A DNA stretch of 32,000 bases from Marinobacter sp. (GTDB lineage: Bacteria > Pseudomonadota > Gammaproteobacteria > Pseudomonadales > Oleiphilaceae), in the NCBI RefSeq assembly GCF_965229515.1, contig NZ_OZ245884.1; one strand, written 5' to 3'. Position numbers and translations under genes: made by a program. The notes beneath the pieces are model-generated. The model had not been told where the DNA came from. It ran no database searches and was given only the letters and a program-made list of their open reading frames with translations. Shown here piece after piece: positions 1-9,209 of the stretch. Every line of letters begins with the position of its first letter. The first letter of the stretch is position 1.

Positions 1-914
1 AGAGAGGCCGCGAAGTTACTGATGAACGGCGCGACGGTAAGTGCTGCAAAGAAGCCGTAGACCACCGTCGGGATACCCGCCAGCATCTCAAGCAAAGGCT
101 TGACCACACCGCGCACTTTCTTATTGGCGTATTCCGAGAGGTAAATCGCCGACAGCAATCCCACCGGCACGGCAACCAGCATGGCAATCGCCGAAATCAG
201 CAGCGTGCCGGTGAACAGCGGGATCATGCCAAAGGCGCCCTGGGCTGCCACCTGATCAGCGCGCAATGCGGTTTGCGGGCTCCACTGGGAACCGAAGATA
301 AACTCGGTGAACGGAATCTTCTGGAAGAACCGGAAGGTTTCAAACGCGACGGAGAAGATGATTCCAATGGTGGTCAGAATCGCCAGGGCAGCACAGGCGA
401 AGAACAACCACTTCAGGATCGACTCCACTTGCGTTCGGGCGTTCAGCGCCGGGCGAACACGCAACCATCCCAGGAACCCCGCCAGCACAGAGACGGACAC
501 CACCAGGGTGGTCATGAACATCCGGCTCTGTTCCCGGAGCGCCTTCAGTCGCTCCGCAGCTTCAACAATGGGTGCTTCCGCAAACCCCGGAGGCAGGCTC
601 CCGCTGGCCACGTTGCTGATCTTGCTCAACAGAAGACTCGCCTCGCCCTCGGACGCCGGCAACATTTCCTGTGGCAGGGAGCCGATAATCAGGGTCTGGA
701 TAACCTTTCCCTGAAACGCCGCCCAAAGCCCAAGCACGAGCAGCGCGGGAATGCCGCACCACAAAGCCGCTCGCGCTCCGTAATAAAAAGGCAAGGACTT
801 GAGATGACGAATGCCTCCCATCGGCATCGCGAGTGATCGCGATCGGGCATAACCCAAGCCGTAGGCAACCATCGACAGCACGATAGTCAGTAAAAGCAGA
901 TTGGCCGGTTGCAT
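1..914 (-). CDS. pstC: phosphate ABC transporter permease PstC (long form), 3' part off the left edge
   Basis: Absent from the ORF track because it has no stop in the window. Reverse complement from ATG at 914 reads MQPANLLLLTIVLSMVAYGLGYARS...FGMIPLFTGTLLISAIAMLVAVPVGLLSAIYLSEYANKKVRGVVKPLLEMLAGIPTVVYGFFAAL. It is multi-TM with a permease signature and lies directly downstream of pstS on the same strand. Confidence 0.8.
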   Translation of the reverse strand, partial: MQPANLLLLTIVLSMVAYGLGYARSRSLAMPMGGIRHLKSLPFYYGARAALWCGIPALLVLGLWAAFQGKVIQTLIIGSLPQEMLPASEGEASLLLSKISNVASGSLPPGFAEAPIVEAAERLKALREQSRMFMTTLVVSVSVLAGFLGWLRVRPALNARTQVESILKWLFFACAALAILTTIGIIFSVAFETFRFFQKIPFTEFIFGSQWSPQTALRADQVAAQGAFGMIPLFTGTLLISAIAMLVAVPVGLLSAIYLSEYANKKVRGVVKPLLEMLAGIPTVVYGFFAALTVAPFISNFAAS

Positions 915-1053
915 GAAAATTCCCGTAACAAACTAAAAAGGACCACAAGTGTAATCATTCGAAAAGCAGCACGCACCCGCCACCCTCCAGACGTGCAAAA
1001 GGGCGCGAGCCTTAAAGCCCGCACCCTCGTCAGTCAACACAGTGTCGACTGGC

Positions 1054-2106
1054 TTACATCAGCTCTTCCTTGGCCAGGTTAGGCATGTTGGATGCCTTGT
1101 CCTGCAGCTTCATCAGCGCGTCGCGTGGAGGAACGATCAGGCCAACGTCCTTCAGGTAGCCGTTTTTGCCCATGGCGCTCGGGCTCGCAAAGAACTCGGC
1201 GTATTCCGCGATACCCGGAACCACACCAACATGGGCTTTCTTCACGTAGAAGAACAGTGAACGGGCAACCGGGTACTCGTCTGCCGCAATGGCTTCAGCC
1301 GTCGGCACCATGCCGTTCAGAGTCGCAGCCTGCAGACGGTCAGCGTTCTCTTCCAGGAAGCTGTAACCGAACACACCGTAAAGGCCTTTGTCGTCGATCA
1401 GCTTCTGAACGATCAGGTTATCGTTCTCGCCAGCTTCGATGAACGCGCCGTCTTCACGAACGCTCTGACACACGCCTTCCATGTCGTCTTCGCTCATGTT
1501 GGCAACCGCCGGCAGGTCTTCACAACCACCCTGCAGGGCCAGCTCGTTGAAGGAATCACGAGTACCTGACGTCGGGGGCGGCCCCATGACACGGATGGCA
1601 ACGTTTGGCAGGCTGGAGTCGATATCGCTCCACTTCTTGTAAGGGTTATCAATCAGCTTGGTCTCATCGTCCGGTGAAGGAACCTGCTTACCCAGGGCCA
1701 GGAAAAGCTGCTCAAGGGTGATGTCCAGGTTATCGGCTTTCTGCGAGCTGGCAATCACGATGCCGTCTGAACCGATGCGGAATTCGGTGATGTCTTTAAC
1801 ACCGTTTTTCTGGCAAAGATCGTACTCGGAGGTCTTCATGCGACGAGACGCATTGGTGATGTCAGGGTGCTGGGTGCCGATACCGGCGCAGAACAGCTTC
1901 AGGCCGCCGCCAGAACCGGTGGACTCAAGCTTGGGAGTCGGGAAGTCAGTAGAAGAACCAAAACGCTCAGCCACAACCGTCGCGAAAGGATAAACGGTAG
2001 AGGAACCAACAATGCTGATGGTGTCGCGCGCCATGGCAGGAGTCGACACGGCGGCAATGCTGCCTGCCAGTGCAACTGTTGTAAGGGCTGCTTTAAGTTT
2101 GATCAC
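1054..2106 (-). CDS. pstS: phosphate ABC transporter periplasmic substrate-binding protein (PstS/PhoT family)
   Basis: 350 aa ORF with signal peptide MIKLKAALTTVALAGSIAAVSTPAMA. IVGSSTVYPFATVVAERFG and GTRDSF motifs are typical of PstS-family binding proteins. pstC follows it. Confidence 0.9.
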   Translation of the reverse strand: MIKLKAALTTVALAGSIAAVSTPAMARDTISIVGSSTVYPFATVVAERFGSSTDFPTPKLESTGSGGGLKLFCAGIGTQHPDITNASRRMKTSEYDLCQKNGVKDITEFRIGSDGIVIASSQKADNLDITLEQLFLALGKQVPSPDDETKLIDNPYKKWSDIDSSLPNVAIRVMGPPPTSGTRDSFNELALQGGCEDLPAVANMSEDDMEGVCQSVREDGAFIEAGENDNLIVQKLIDDKGLYGVFGYSFLEENADRLQAATLNGMVPTAEAIAADEYPVARSLFFYVKKAHVGVVPGIAEYAEFFASPSAMGKNGYLKDVGLIVPPRDALMKLQDKASNMPNLAKEELM

Positions 2107-2180
2107 GTTGAGTCTCCATTTGTCACGTTGACTTTATTTACGGGTTTGCTTCACCGATGTGTGAACAATAAAGGCACTCT

Positions 2181-2198
2181 ATGACAACTTTGTTACAG
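2181..2198 (-). promoter_or_regulatory. candidate Pho box (PhoB site) upstream of pstS
   Basis: On the minus strand CTGTAAC-AAAG-TTGTCAT gives two 7-nt direct repeats with 11-nt periodicity, close to consensus CTGTCAT-A(A/T)A(A/T)-CTGTCA(C/T). It lies about 75-90 nt upstream of the pstS ATG at 2106. Confidence 0.5.
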
Positions 2199-2301
2199 CC
2201 ACTGAAATATAGAACAGGACGTTCAATTTTTCTTGCAGACGCTGCGCAGGCCGCTAACATGCGGGGTACTAAAACAATTCCGGACTGATAAGGTTGAATC
2301 C

Positions 2302-2706
2302 ATGACTGCGCTTGATGACGACAAACCCACGCCCCGGGGCGAACTGGTAATCCAGGTAATCCCCCTTCCCTCAGACACCAATCCCAACGGCGATGTGTTC
2401 GCCGGCTGGCTGGTTAAACAGATGGACATCGCGGCGGCAACGCTCGCGGGCCGGATTTCCCAAGGCCGCAACGCCACTGTGGCCATGGACAGGATGGAGT
2501 TTCTTTCACCGTTGCGGGTGGGGTCCCAGGTTGGCTGTTACGGTGAGTTGGTGGAAGTGGGACGCAGCTCCATGAAAATCAACATTGAAGTCTGGACCCT
2601 GGATCGGACGGCCAAAGCCCCTCGCAAGGTGACCGAAGGGCTCTTCGTCTATGTCGCAATTGACGAACATGGCCGCATTCGCGAGGTGCCGGCACAAAAC
2701 AGGTAA
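2302..2706 (+). CDS. acyl-CoA thioesterase, hotdog fold (YciA-like)
   Basis: Part of ORF 2233..2706. I prefer the internal ATG at 2302 (MTALDDDKPTPRGELVIQVIPLPSDTNPNGDVFAGWLVKQMD...), which matches the YciA-type N-terminus. Confidence 0.75.
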   Translation: MTALDDDKPTPRGELVIQVIPLPSDTNPNGDVFAGWLVKQMDIAAATLAGRISQGRNATVAMDRMEFLSPLRVGSQVGCYGELVEVGRSSMKINIEVWTLDRTAKAPRKVTEGLFVYVAIDEHGRIREVPAQNR

Positions 2707-2724
2707 AAGGTTGGCACCGGTGGC

Positions 2725-3522
2725 TCAGCTGTTTCCCAACCGATCCAGCCGCAGGCGTTCGCGCTCATCAAATAGCCGGCGACCGCCCCAGGAGACCGCC
2801 ATCACCGCCCCGAAGCCGGTACCGACGGTGATAATCAGCATCACCAGAATCTGATATTTAACCGCCACCGCCGGCGGGCTGCCTGCAAGAATCTGGCCCG
2901 TCATCATGCCCGGCAGGCTGACAATGCCCGCAGCAGCCATGGCGTTGATAGACGGCATCATGCCACTACGCATGGCATCCTTGCGGATATCCTCCAGTGC
3001 CTGGCGACAGGTCTGCCCCAGCATCAGGCGGTTCTCGATAACCGCCCGCTGGCGCCAGACCGACTCATTCAACCGATCCAGCGCAAGACTGATGCCCGTC
3101 ATGGTGTTGCCCAGCATCATGCCCAACAAAGGAATGGCGTATTGCGGGGCATACCAGGGTTCAGGGCCAATCACCACCGTCAGTGCCAGGACCGTGACGG
3201 TAAAAGACGAGACAAACATCGCACCCGTGCCGATACCGAACGCCCACCAGCCCTGCAAACGCCTACCCTGGCGGGCCACCACTTCCCGGCCGGCGACCAG
3301 CAACATGACCAGAGCCAGCAGGGCAATCCAGTAGAACGCGGAGGACGCGAACAGGGCTTCCAGCACCAGCCCGATCAACGCCAGTTGAATGACCGTGCGC
3401 AGTGCGGCGATCAACAGGCTTCGGGTGATGCCGAGCCGGGCGAGATAACCTGTCCCGGCCAGGGCAAGAATCAACAGGGCTGCCAGCCCCAGCTTCCACC
3501 ACGCCAGATCAATCACTTCCAT
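2725..3522 (-). CDS. fetB: FetB/YbbM-family ABC exporter permease (UPF0014)
   Basis: 265 aa polytopic membrane protein. It overlaps the upstream ATPase gene by 14 nt. Sequence pattern (..LMLGQTCRQALEDIRKDAMRSGMMPSINAMAAAGIVSLPGMMTGQILAG..) is typical of YbbM/FetB. Confidence 0.75.
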   Translation of the reverse strand: MEVIDLAWWKLGLAALLILALAGTGYLARLGITRSLLIAALRTVIQLALIGLVLEALFASSAFYWIALLALVMLLVAGREVVARQGRRLQGWWAFGIGTGAMFVSSFTVTVLALTVVIGPEPWYAPQYAIPLLGMMLGNTMTGISLALDRLNESVWRQRAVIENRLMLGQTCRQALEDIRKDAMRSGMMPSINAMAAAGIVSLPGMMTGQILAGSPPAVAVKYQILVMLIITVGTGFGAVMAVSWGGRRLFDERERLRLDRLGNS

Positions 3523-4141
3523 GAACGCGCTCCAGCGTGGTTCCCCGAATCCGGTAGTGGGTATCCGCTACACGATGAATCTGGCCGGGATCGTGAGCGA
3601 CCCAGAGCACCGCGATCCGCCGGCGCCGGATTTCTTCAAGCAGCCAGCTTTCAATCGCTTCCGTGCTGTCGTTGTCCAGATTGGCGGTGGGTTCGTCCAG
3701 CAGCAGCGCCTCCGGCTCAAGGACCAGGGCGCGCCAGAGTGCAAGCCGCTGTCGTTCACCGGACGACAGCCGGTTCACCGACCAGCCCATTACTTCCGGC
3801 GGGAAACCCAGAGCTGAAGGCAGTCTCGAAGCGGCATCATCCGGAAAGTGCCCTCCCACTTCATCAAACCACCACTGACTGTCTGCTGGTACCATAACCA
3901 CCCGGCTCCGCCACTGATGGGCGGGAACATCCAACTGCACGGCATCACCCAGAGAAACCCCTCCGCCATGTGGTTCCAGGTCCGCCACGGCCCTCAGCAG
4001 ACGGCTCTTGCCACTGCCCGAGGGACCAGACAGGCAGACAACCTGTCCACCCGCCACCGTCAGTGACGCATCATCCAGAGTGCCAACGCTGAGATTTTCA
4101 AGCACAAGATCTGTCAAAATAGCATCACCAGGGCCAGCCAA
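3509..4141 (-). CDS. fetA: FetA/YbbL-family ABC transporter ATP-binding protein
   Basis: Walker A GPSGSGKS, ABC signature LSSGERQRLAL and Walker B LLLDEPT. 210 aa, translationally overlapped with the permease gene. Confidence 0.8.
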   Translation of the reverse strand: MAGPGDAILTDLVLENLSVGTLDDASLTVAGGQVVCLSGPSGSGKSRLLRAVADLEPHGGGVSLGDAVQLDVPAHQWRSRVVMVPADSQWWFDEVGGHFPDDAASRLPSALGFPPEVMGWSVNRLSSGERQRLALWRALVLEPEALLLDEPTANLDNDSTEAIESWLLEEIRRRRIAVLWVAHDPGQIHRVADTHYRIRGTTLERVHGSD

Positions 4142-4234
4142 AGTTCATAACGGCTATACCATTGCACAGTGTCCTGCCGACAACCAGCCACACAGCCCAC
4201 GGATGCATGAAGCTCCAATCTCTTTGAGGCCCGC

Positions 4235-5428
4235 TCAGGCTGCTACTGGCCGCCGCTCGGGCAACAACACCGACAGCAACGCTGCCATGGCCACCAGGCC
4301 CGACGATATCCACAAGCAGGCCTCCAGCCCCCAGGCCTGATAGACCCAGCCAGAGAGAATTGTGCCCAGTAACCGGCCGGCGGCATTGGACATATAATAG
4401 AAGCCCACATCCAGCGACACGCCATCGCCACGGGCATAGCTAACGATGAGATAGCTGTGGAGCGACGAGTTGACGGCAAACAGCACGCCAAACAACAGCA
4501 GACCACCGACAATCACGATCTGGGGTGACCAACCGACCGACAGACCAATGGCAATTGCTGCCGGAATCAGTGCCAGGGCTGCCGCCCAAAGTACAGCAGG
4601 CTGTTTTCTTTCCATGTTTCCGGTAATGCGCGGGGCAATGGTCTGGATAAAGCCATAGCCGATAATCCAGGTGGCCATGAATCCGCCCACTTTCCAGAAG
4701 TCCCAGCCAAAAACCGTATGCAGGTAGACCGGCAGCGCAACAACAAACCAGACATCCCGAGCCCCGAACAGGAACATTCTCGCCGCAGAAAGCACGTTGA
4801 TGGCCCGGCTCTTGGACAGGATTTCGCGAAACTTCGGCTTTGCCTTGCTCTTGCCCAGATCCTGCCCCAACAGGAAAAGGCTGGCCAGCCACACCACACT
4901 CAGGGCTACCGCCATGATAACGACCGCGCCTTGGAAACCAGCGGCCATCAGCAGGACACCACCGAGGAAAAAGCCCACACCCTTCAGGGTATTCTTGGAG
5001 CCAGTGAGTATGGCCACCCATTTGTACAGGGTCCCCTGCTGCTCATCCGGTACCAGCAGTTTGATGCCGCTCTTGGCGGACATCTTGTTCAGGTCCTTGG
5101 CAATACCGGACAGCGCCTGGGCTGCCATCACCCAGGGCACGGTCAGCATGGCCGCCGGCACCGCCAGCATGGCAAGGGCAGCAATTTGCAGGAACAGCCC
5201 GATGTTCATGGTGCGGTTCAGTCCCATGCGAGCGCCCAGATAGCCACCCACCAGGTTGGTCACCACCCCGAAAAACTCGTAGAAAATGAACAGCAGGGCG
5301 ATTTCCAGCGGCGAATAGCCAAGCTGATGGAAATGCAGCACCACCAGCATCCGCAGGGCTCCGTCCGTCAGGGTGAAGGCCCAGTAGTTGCCGGTGATGA
5401 CCAGGTACTGTCGGATGGCCGCGGACAT
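4235..5428 (-). CDS. arsJ: MFS transporter, ArsJ-type organoarsenical efflux permease
   Basis: 397 aa MFS protein (MSAAIRQYLVITGNYWAFTLTDGALRMLVVLHFHQLGYSPLEIALLFIFYEFFGVVTN...). Its ATG at 5428 sits one base after the stop of an ars-linked GAPDH gene, the gapdh-arsJ pairing known from ars islands. Confidence 0.8.
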   Translation of the reverse strand: MSAAIRQYLVITGNYWAFTLTDGALRMLVVLHFHQLGYSPLEIALLFIFYEFFGVVTNLVGGYLGARMGLNRTMNIGLFLQIAALAMLAVPAAMLTVPWVMAAQALSGIAKDLNKMSAKSGIKLLVPDEQQGTLYKWVAILTGSKNTLKGVGFFLGGVLLMAAGFQGAVVIMAVALSVVWLASLFLLGQDLGKSKAKPKFREILSKSRAINVLSAARMFLFGARDVWFVVALPVYLHTVFGWDFWKVGGFMATWIIGYGFIQTIAPRITGNMERKQPAVLWAAALALIPAAIAIGLSVGWSPQIVIVGGLLLFGVLFAVNSSLHSYLIVSYARGDGVSLDVGFYYMSNAAGRLLGTILSGWVYQAWGLEACLWISSGLVAMAALLSVLLPERRPVAA

Positions 5429-5429
5429 A

Positions 5430-6434
5430 TCAGGCAGAGCCTACCCGGCGCGCCAGTTCTGCGGTGCGGTTGGCGTAGCCCCATTCGTTGTCGTACCAGG
5501 CGTAGATTTTCACCTGGGTGCCATTCACCACCATGGTAGAGAGGGCGTCGACGATGGATGAGCGGGGGTCGGTCTGGTAATCGATGGACACCAGCGGGCG
5601 CTCTTCGTAGCCCAGAATGTTTTTCAGCTCGCCCTCAGCCGCCTCTTTCAGCAACCGGTTTACGGTATCGCGATCCGTGGGTGTTTCCACCTCGAATACG
5701 CAGTCGGTCAGCGAGGCATTCGTCAGTGGCACCCGAACGGCATGGCCATCCAGACGGCCCTTCAGCTCCGGAAATATTTCGATAATCGCGGTGGCGGAAC
5801 CGGTGCTGGTTGGAATCAGGGAGCTGCCACAGGCGCGGGCCCGCCGCAGATCCTTATGGGGCGCATCGATGATGGTTTGGGTGTTGGTCAGGCTATGGAT
5901 CGTCGTGATGGAACCATGCTTGATACCCAGCTTCTCATGGATAACCTTCACCACCGGCGCCAGGCAGTTGGTGGTGCAGGAAGCGGCAGTGACAATGCGG
6001 TCATTGGCCGGGTCAAAAATGCCGTCGTTCACGCCCACCACAATGTTTTTGGCCCCTGCTTCTTTCACAGGAGCGGTCACCACCACGCGCTTTACGCCCT
6101 GATCGAGATACGCCTGGAGCACATCCACTTTTTTCATCTTGCCGCTGGCTTCAATCACCAGATCACAGCCAGACCAGTCGGTCTCCTCAATGGTTTTGTT
6201 GCGGGTGACGCGAACCGACTTGCCCTCGATAACGATACCGTCGCCGTTTACACCCGCTTCGTGATCCCAACGGCCATGAATACTGTCGAAGTTCAGCAGA
6301 TGCGCCAGCGTCTCGGGATCGGCTCCCGGATCGTTGATCGCTACAAATTCCATCTCCGGCCACTGCCAGGCTGCTCTGAGAGCCAGACGACCGATTCGGC
6401 CGAATCCATTTATTCCGACTTTGATCTTGCTCAT
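5430..6434 (-). CDS. gap: type I glyceraldehyde-3-phosphate dehydrogenase (ars-associated)
   Basis: 334 aa. NAD-binding INGFGRIGR and catalytic [11 protein letters not shown]. Embedded between arsC-arsR and arsJ. Confidence 0.9.
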   Translation of the reverse strand: MSKIKVGINGFGRIGRLALRAAWQWPEMEFVAINDPGADPETLAHLLNFDSIHGRWDHEAGVNGDGIVIEGKSVRVTRNKTIEETDWSGCDLVIEASGKMKKVDVLQAYLDQGVKRVVVTAPVKEAGAKNIVVGVNDGIFDPANDRIVTAASCTTNCLAPVVKVIHEKLGIKHGSITTIHSLTNTQTIIDAPHKDLRRARACGSSLIPTSTGSATAIIEIFPELKGRLDGHAVRVPLTNASLTDCVFEVETPTDRDTVNRLLKEAAEGELKNILGYEERPLVSIDYQTDPRSSIVDALSTMVVNGTQVKIYAWYDNEWGYANRTAELARRVGSA

Positions 6435-6459
6435 GATGTGCTCCAGAAAGCGTTATCCA

Positions 6460-7224
6460 TTAAATACACCGCACAACCGGTCTGTCGGGCATGGCTGAAA
6501 GCCGCTCGAGTTCCGAGGTGATCAGGGCGGGATTGCTATCGGCGGTTTCATTCAGGACCCGCGACAGCCACTGCGGCAGCCGGGGGTTCAGGGAATAGTA
6601 CATCCATTGCCCCTGACGCTCTGCCTCCAGCAGGCCTGCCTCCCGCAGGGTGGCCAGGTGTCGGCTGGCCTTGGGCTGGGAAATATCGAGGGCGGCGGTG
6701 AGTTCACACACACACAGTTTCGTTTCCTGCCGAACCAGCATCAGCGCAGCCAGGCGGAGCTCGTCACCCAACGCCTTGAATACTGTCACCGGGTCAAAGT
6801 TCACCGGCTTCATTCCGGTTTCTTTTCTGTGTACCAAAGTAAACAGGCCAATGCGCTCGCGGATTTCCTTGAGGGTCAGTGCAAAGGTGGCGTGACGCCC
6901 GCTTGGCACTGGGTCCGGGAAGTCCCAGGCGATCTGCTGGGCAGGCTGACAGACGTTGCCGCACTCGTTGGCGGCTTTTTCACAAAGGGTAATCACATAA
7001 TCCCAATGCTCACGTTCAACGCTTGCCAGCGATTTACTCTGCAAACCATCGACGGAAAAGCCCGACTCCGAGAGTACCTGAAGCGCCATTGGGTGGGGCT
7101 TGTCAGGCTCAGTGCCGGCACTCGCCACTTCAAACTGGTCACCAGCCATTTCCCGCAACAGGGCTTCCGCCATCAATGAGCGGGCACTGTTAGCGGTGCA
7201 AACGAACAAAACGCGACGCTTCAT
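6460..7224 (-). CDS. fusion protein: LMW-PTP-type arsenate reductase (ArsC) N-domain plus ArsR/SmtB HTH repressor C-domain
   Basis: N-terminal CX5R P-loop (C9-TANSA-R15), C81/C88 pair (TLCEKAANEC) and DFPDP motif as in thioredoxin-coupled ArsC. From about residue 138 (MKPVNFDPVTVFKALGDELRLAALMLV..KLCVCELTAALDISQPKASRHLATLREAGLL) it is a complete ArsR-type wHTH with the CVC As(III) site. Confidence 0.85.
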   Translation of the reverse strand: MKRRVLFVCTANSARSLMAEALLREMAGDQFEVASAGTEPDKPHPMALQVLSESGFSVDGLQSKSLASVEREHWDYVITLCEKAANECGNVCQPAQQIAWDFPDPVPSGRHATFALTLKEIRERIGLFTLVHRKETGMKPVNFDPVTVFKALGDELRLAALMLVRQETKLCVCELTAALDISQPKASRHLATLREAGLLEAERQGQWMYYSLNPRLPQWLSRVLNETADSNPALITSELERLSAMPDRPVVRCI

Positions 7225-7278
7225 ATGCAGATTCCCATATATTCGTTTTCATGCATATATATTTTGTTGCATAATATC
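7222..7278. promoter_or_regulatory. divergent ars promoter/operator region with TGCATA(T/A) repeats
   Basis: AT-rich 91-bp spacer between the divergent arsC-arsR (start 7224) and arsH (start 7316). ATATGCA at 7223-7229 is inverted relative to TGCATAT at 7252-7258, and a further TGCATAA lies at 7268-7274. Plausible ArsR operator; not proven. Confidence 0.35.
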
Positions 7279-7315
7279 CGGAAGATTTTAACGAGTAAAG
7301 GACCCTTTCATTACA

Positions 7316-8032
7316 ATGAGCGCCCATGACCTCCCCAATATCGACCGGGACCAGTTCCGCAAACCAACTGAAGAGCAAATTTTTGCAACACCCCCTTCTT
7401 CACATCCGCCAAGGATACTGTTGCTGTACGGCTCACTGCGGGAGCGCTCGTTCAGCCGGCTAGCCGTTGAGGAAGCCGCCCGTTTGCTGCAAGCCATGGG
7501 TTCGGAAACCCGCGTATTCGACCCCCGCGGCCTGCCCCTCGCCGATGCCGAAGACGCGTCCCACCCCAAGGTTCAGGAACTGCGGGAGCTGGCCCAGTGG
7601 TCGGAAGGCATGGTGTGGTGCTCGCCAGAGCGCCACGGTGCGATGACCGGCATCATGAAAACCCAGATCGACTGGATTCCCCTATCCATCGGCGGCATGC
7701 GCCCGACTCAGGGCAAAACCCTGGCGGTGATGCAGGTGTGTGGAGGGTCCCAGTCCTTCAACGCGGTGAACCAGTTGCGAGTGCTGGGGCGCTGGATGCG
7801 GATGGTGACGATCCCCAACCAGTCGTCGGTACCCAAGGCGTTTACGGAATTCGATGAAAACGACCGTATGATGCCCTCCCCCTATTACAACCGCATCGTG
7901 GACGTGATGGAGGAACTGGTGAAGTTCACCCTACTGATTCGGGACCGTAGCGATTACCTGACGGACCGCTATTCCGAGCGGGTGGAAAGCGCCGATGAAG
8001 TTTCAAAACGCGTCAATCAACGGTCCATGTAA
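7316..8032 (+). CDS. arsH: arsenical resistance protein ArsH (NADPH-dependent FMN reductase family)
   Basis: 238 aa. [17 protein letters not shown]..., [24 protein letters not shown] and [18 protein letters not shown] are typical ArsH blocks. Confidence 0.9.
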   Translation: MSAHDLPNIDRDQFRKPTEEQIFATPPSSHPPRILLLYGSLRERSFSRLAVEEAARLLQAMGSETRVFDPRGLPLADAEDASHPKVQELRELAQWSEGMVWCSPERHGAMTGIMKTQIDWIPLSIGGMRPTQGKTLAVMQVCGGSQSFNAVNQLRVLGRWMRMVTIPNQSSVPKAFTEFDENDRMMPSPYYNRIVDVMEELVKFTLLIRDRSDYLTDRYSERVESADEVSKRVNQRSM

Positions 8033-8042
8033 AAGGTAGATC

Positions 8043-9110
8043 ATGAGCGCCCATACGGAAGTGACTAACGAAGACACCAGCGGTGGCATGGATTTGTTCG
8101 GAAGGTTCCTGTCCATCTGGGTCGCCTTGGCCATCATCGCCGGCGTAACCCTCGGCCAACTGGCGCCCTCGGTACCGGAAACTCTGGCCCGCTTTGAATA
8201 TGCTCAGGTGTCGATCCCTATTGCCATTCTGATCTGGGCCATGATCTTCCCGATGATGGCCCAGATCGACTTCAGCGCGGTGGTGGGCGTGCGCAAGGAA
8301 CCAAAAGGCCTCGCCATCACCACCATCGTGAACTGGCTGATCAAACCGTTCACCATGTTCGCTATTGCCTGGTTTTTCCTGATGGTGGTTTTCGAGCCGC
8401 TGATCGCCCCCCAGTTAGCCAGTGAATATCTGGCCGGAGCAATCCTTCTGGGCGCGGCACCCTGCACCGCCATGGTGTTTGTCTGGAGCTATCTCACTAA
8501 AGGCGATGCCGCCTATACGCTGGTGCAGGTGTCCCTGAACGACATCATCATGCTCTTCGCCTTCGCGCCCGTCGTGGTGTTCCTGCTGGGCATTTCCAAC
8601 ATTCAGGTGCCCTGGGACACGGTGATCCTATCCGTGGTGCTGTACATTATCATCCCGCTGACCGCCGGCTATCTCACGCGCCGCGCCCTGATCTCAAGGC
8701 GGGGACAAGTCTGGTACGACGAGGTGTTCATGAAGCGCCTGGGACCGGTCACCCCGGCAGCATTGATCATCACTCTGGTGCTGCTGTTCGCGTTTCAGGG
8801 CGAAGTCATCCTGAACAATCCGCTGCATATCGTGCTGATTGCCGTGCCGCTGATCCTGCAGACCTTCCTGATCTTTTTCCTGGCTTACGGGTGGGCACGG
8901 CTCTGGAACGTCCGCCACTGCATCGCTGCGCCCGGGGCCATGATTGGTGCCAGTAACTTTTTCGAGCTGGCAGTCGCGGCGGCCATTGCGCTGTTCGGCC
9001 TGCAATCGGGGGCGGCGCTGGCGACCGTAGTGGGCGTTCTGGTAGAAGTGCCTTTGATGCTGGTACTGGTGCGGATTGCCAACAGGACTCGGGGGCGGTT
9101 TCCGGCCTAG
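8043..9110 (+). CDS. acr3: ACR3-family arsenite efflux permease
   Basis: 355 aa polytopic protein (..FGRFLSIWVALAIIAGVTLGQ.., ..LLGAAPCTAMVFVWSYLTKGD..) matching the Acr3/ArsB(BART) family. It lies 10 nt after arsH. Confidence 0.9.
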   Translation: MSAHTEVTNEDTSGGMDLFGRFLSIWVALAIIAGVTLGQLAPSVPETLARFEYAQVSIPIAILIWAMIFPMMAQIDFSAVVGVRKEPKGLAITTIVNWLIKPFTMFAIAWFFLMVVFEPLIAPQLASEYLAGAILLGAAPCTAMVFVWSYLTKGDAAYTLVQVSLNDIIMLFAFAPVVVFLLGISNIQVPWDTVILSVVLYIIIPLTAGYLTRRALISRRGQVWYDEVFMKRLGPVTPAALIITLVLLFAFQGEVILNNPLHIVLIAVPLILQTFLIFFLAYGWARLWNVRHCIAAPGAMIGASNFFELAVAAAIALFGLQSGAALATVVGVLVEVPLMLVLVRIANRTRGRFPA

Positions 9111-9135
9111 TTTGGGCCGCTTAATAGGTCCACTT

Positions 9136-9155
9136 TTAAACAAAAGCGAACATTC
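9136..9155 (+). repeat. left copy of imperfect direct repeat bracketing the AT-rich insert
   Basis: TTAAACAAAAGCGAACATTC at 9136-9155 versus TTAAACAAGAAGCGAACATTC at 15842-15862: identical except one inserted G. Weaker similarity continues about 10 nt further (cgcagcgcctca versus cacgcccctta). Confidence 0.55.
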
Positions 9156-9209
9156 GCAGCGCCTCATATTCTTGGTGTTTTCCGCCCCAGTTGAGCGTTT
9201 GGTTGTTTC

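Noticed and set aside
273-948. ORFs 273-836(+), 307-714(+), 562-948(-)
   Set aside because: They overlap the real pstC frame, which is minus-strand, starts at 914 and is open to the left edge, so the track misses it. Their products lack membrane-protein character.
3142-6521. Several 250-275-aa plus-strand ORFs (3142-3897, 4718-5539, 5742-6521)
   Set aside because: All are antisense to well-supported minus-strand genes (fetB/fetA, arsJ, gapdh). Products are R/Q/H/G-rich nonsense-like sequences.
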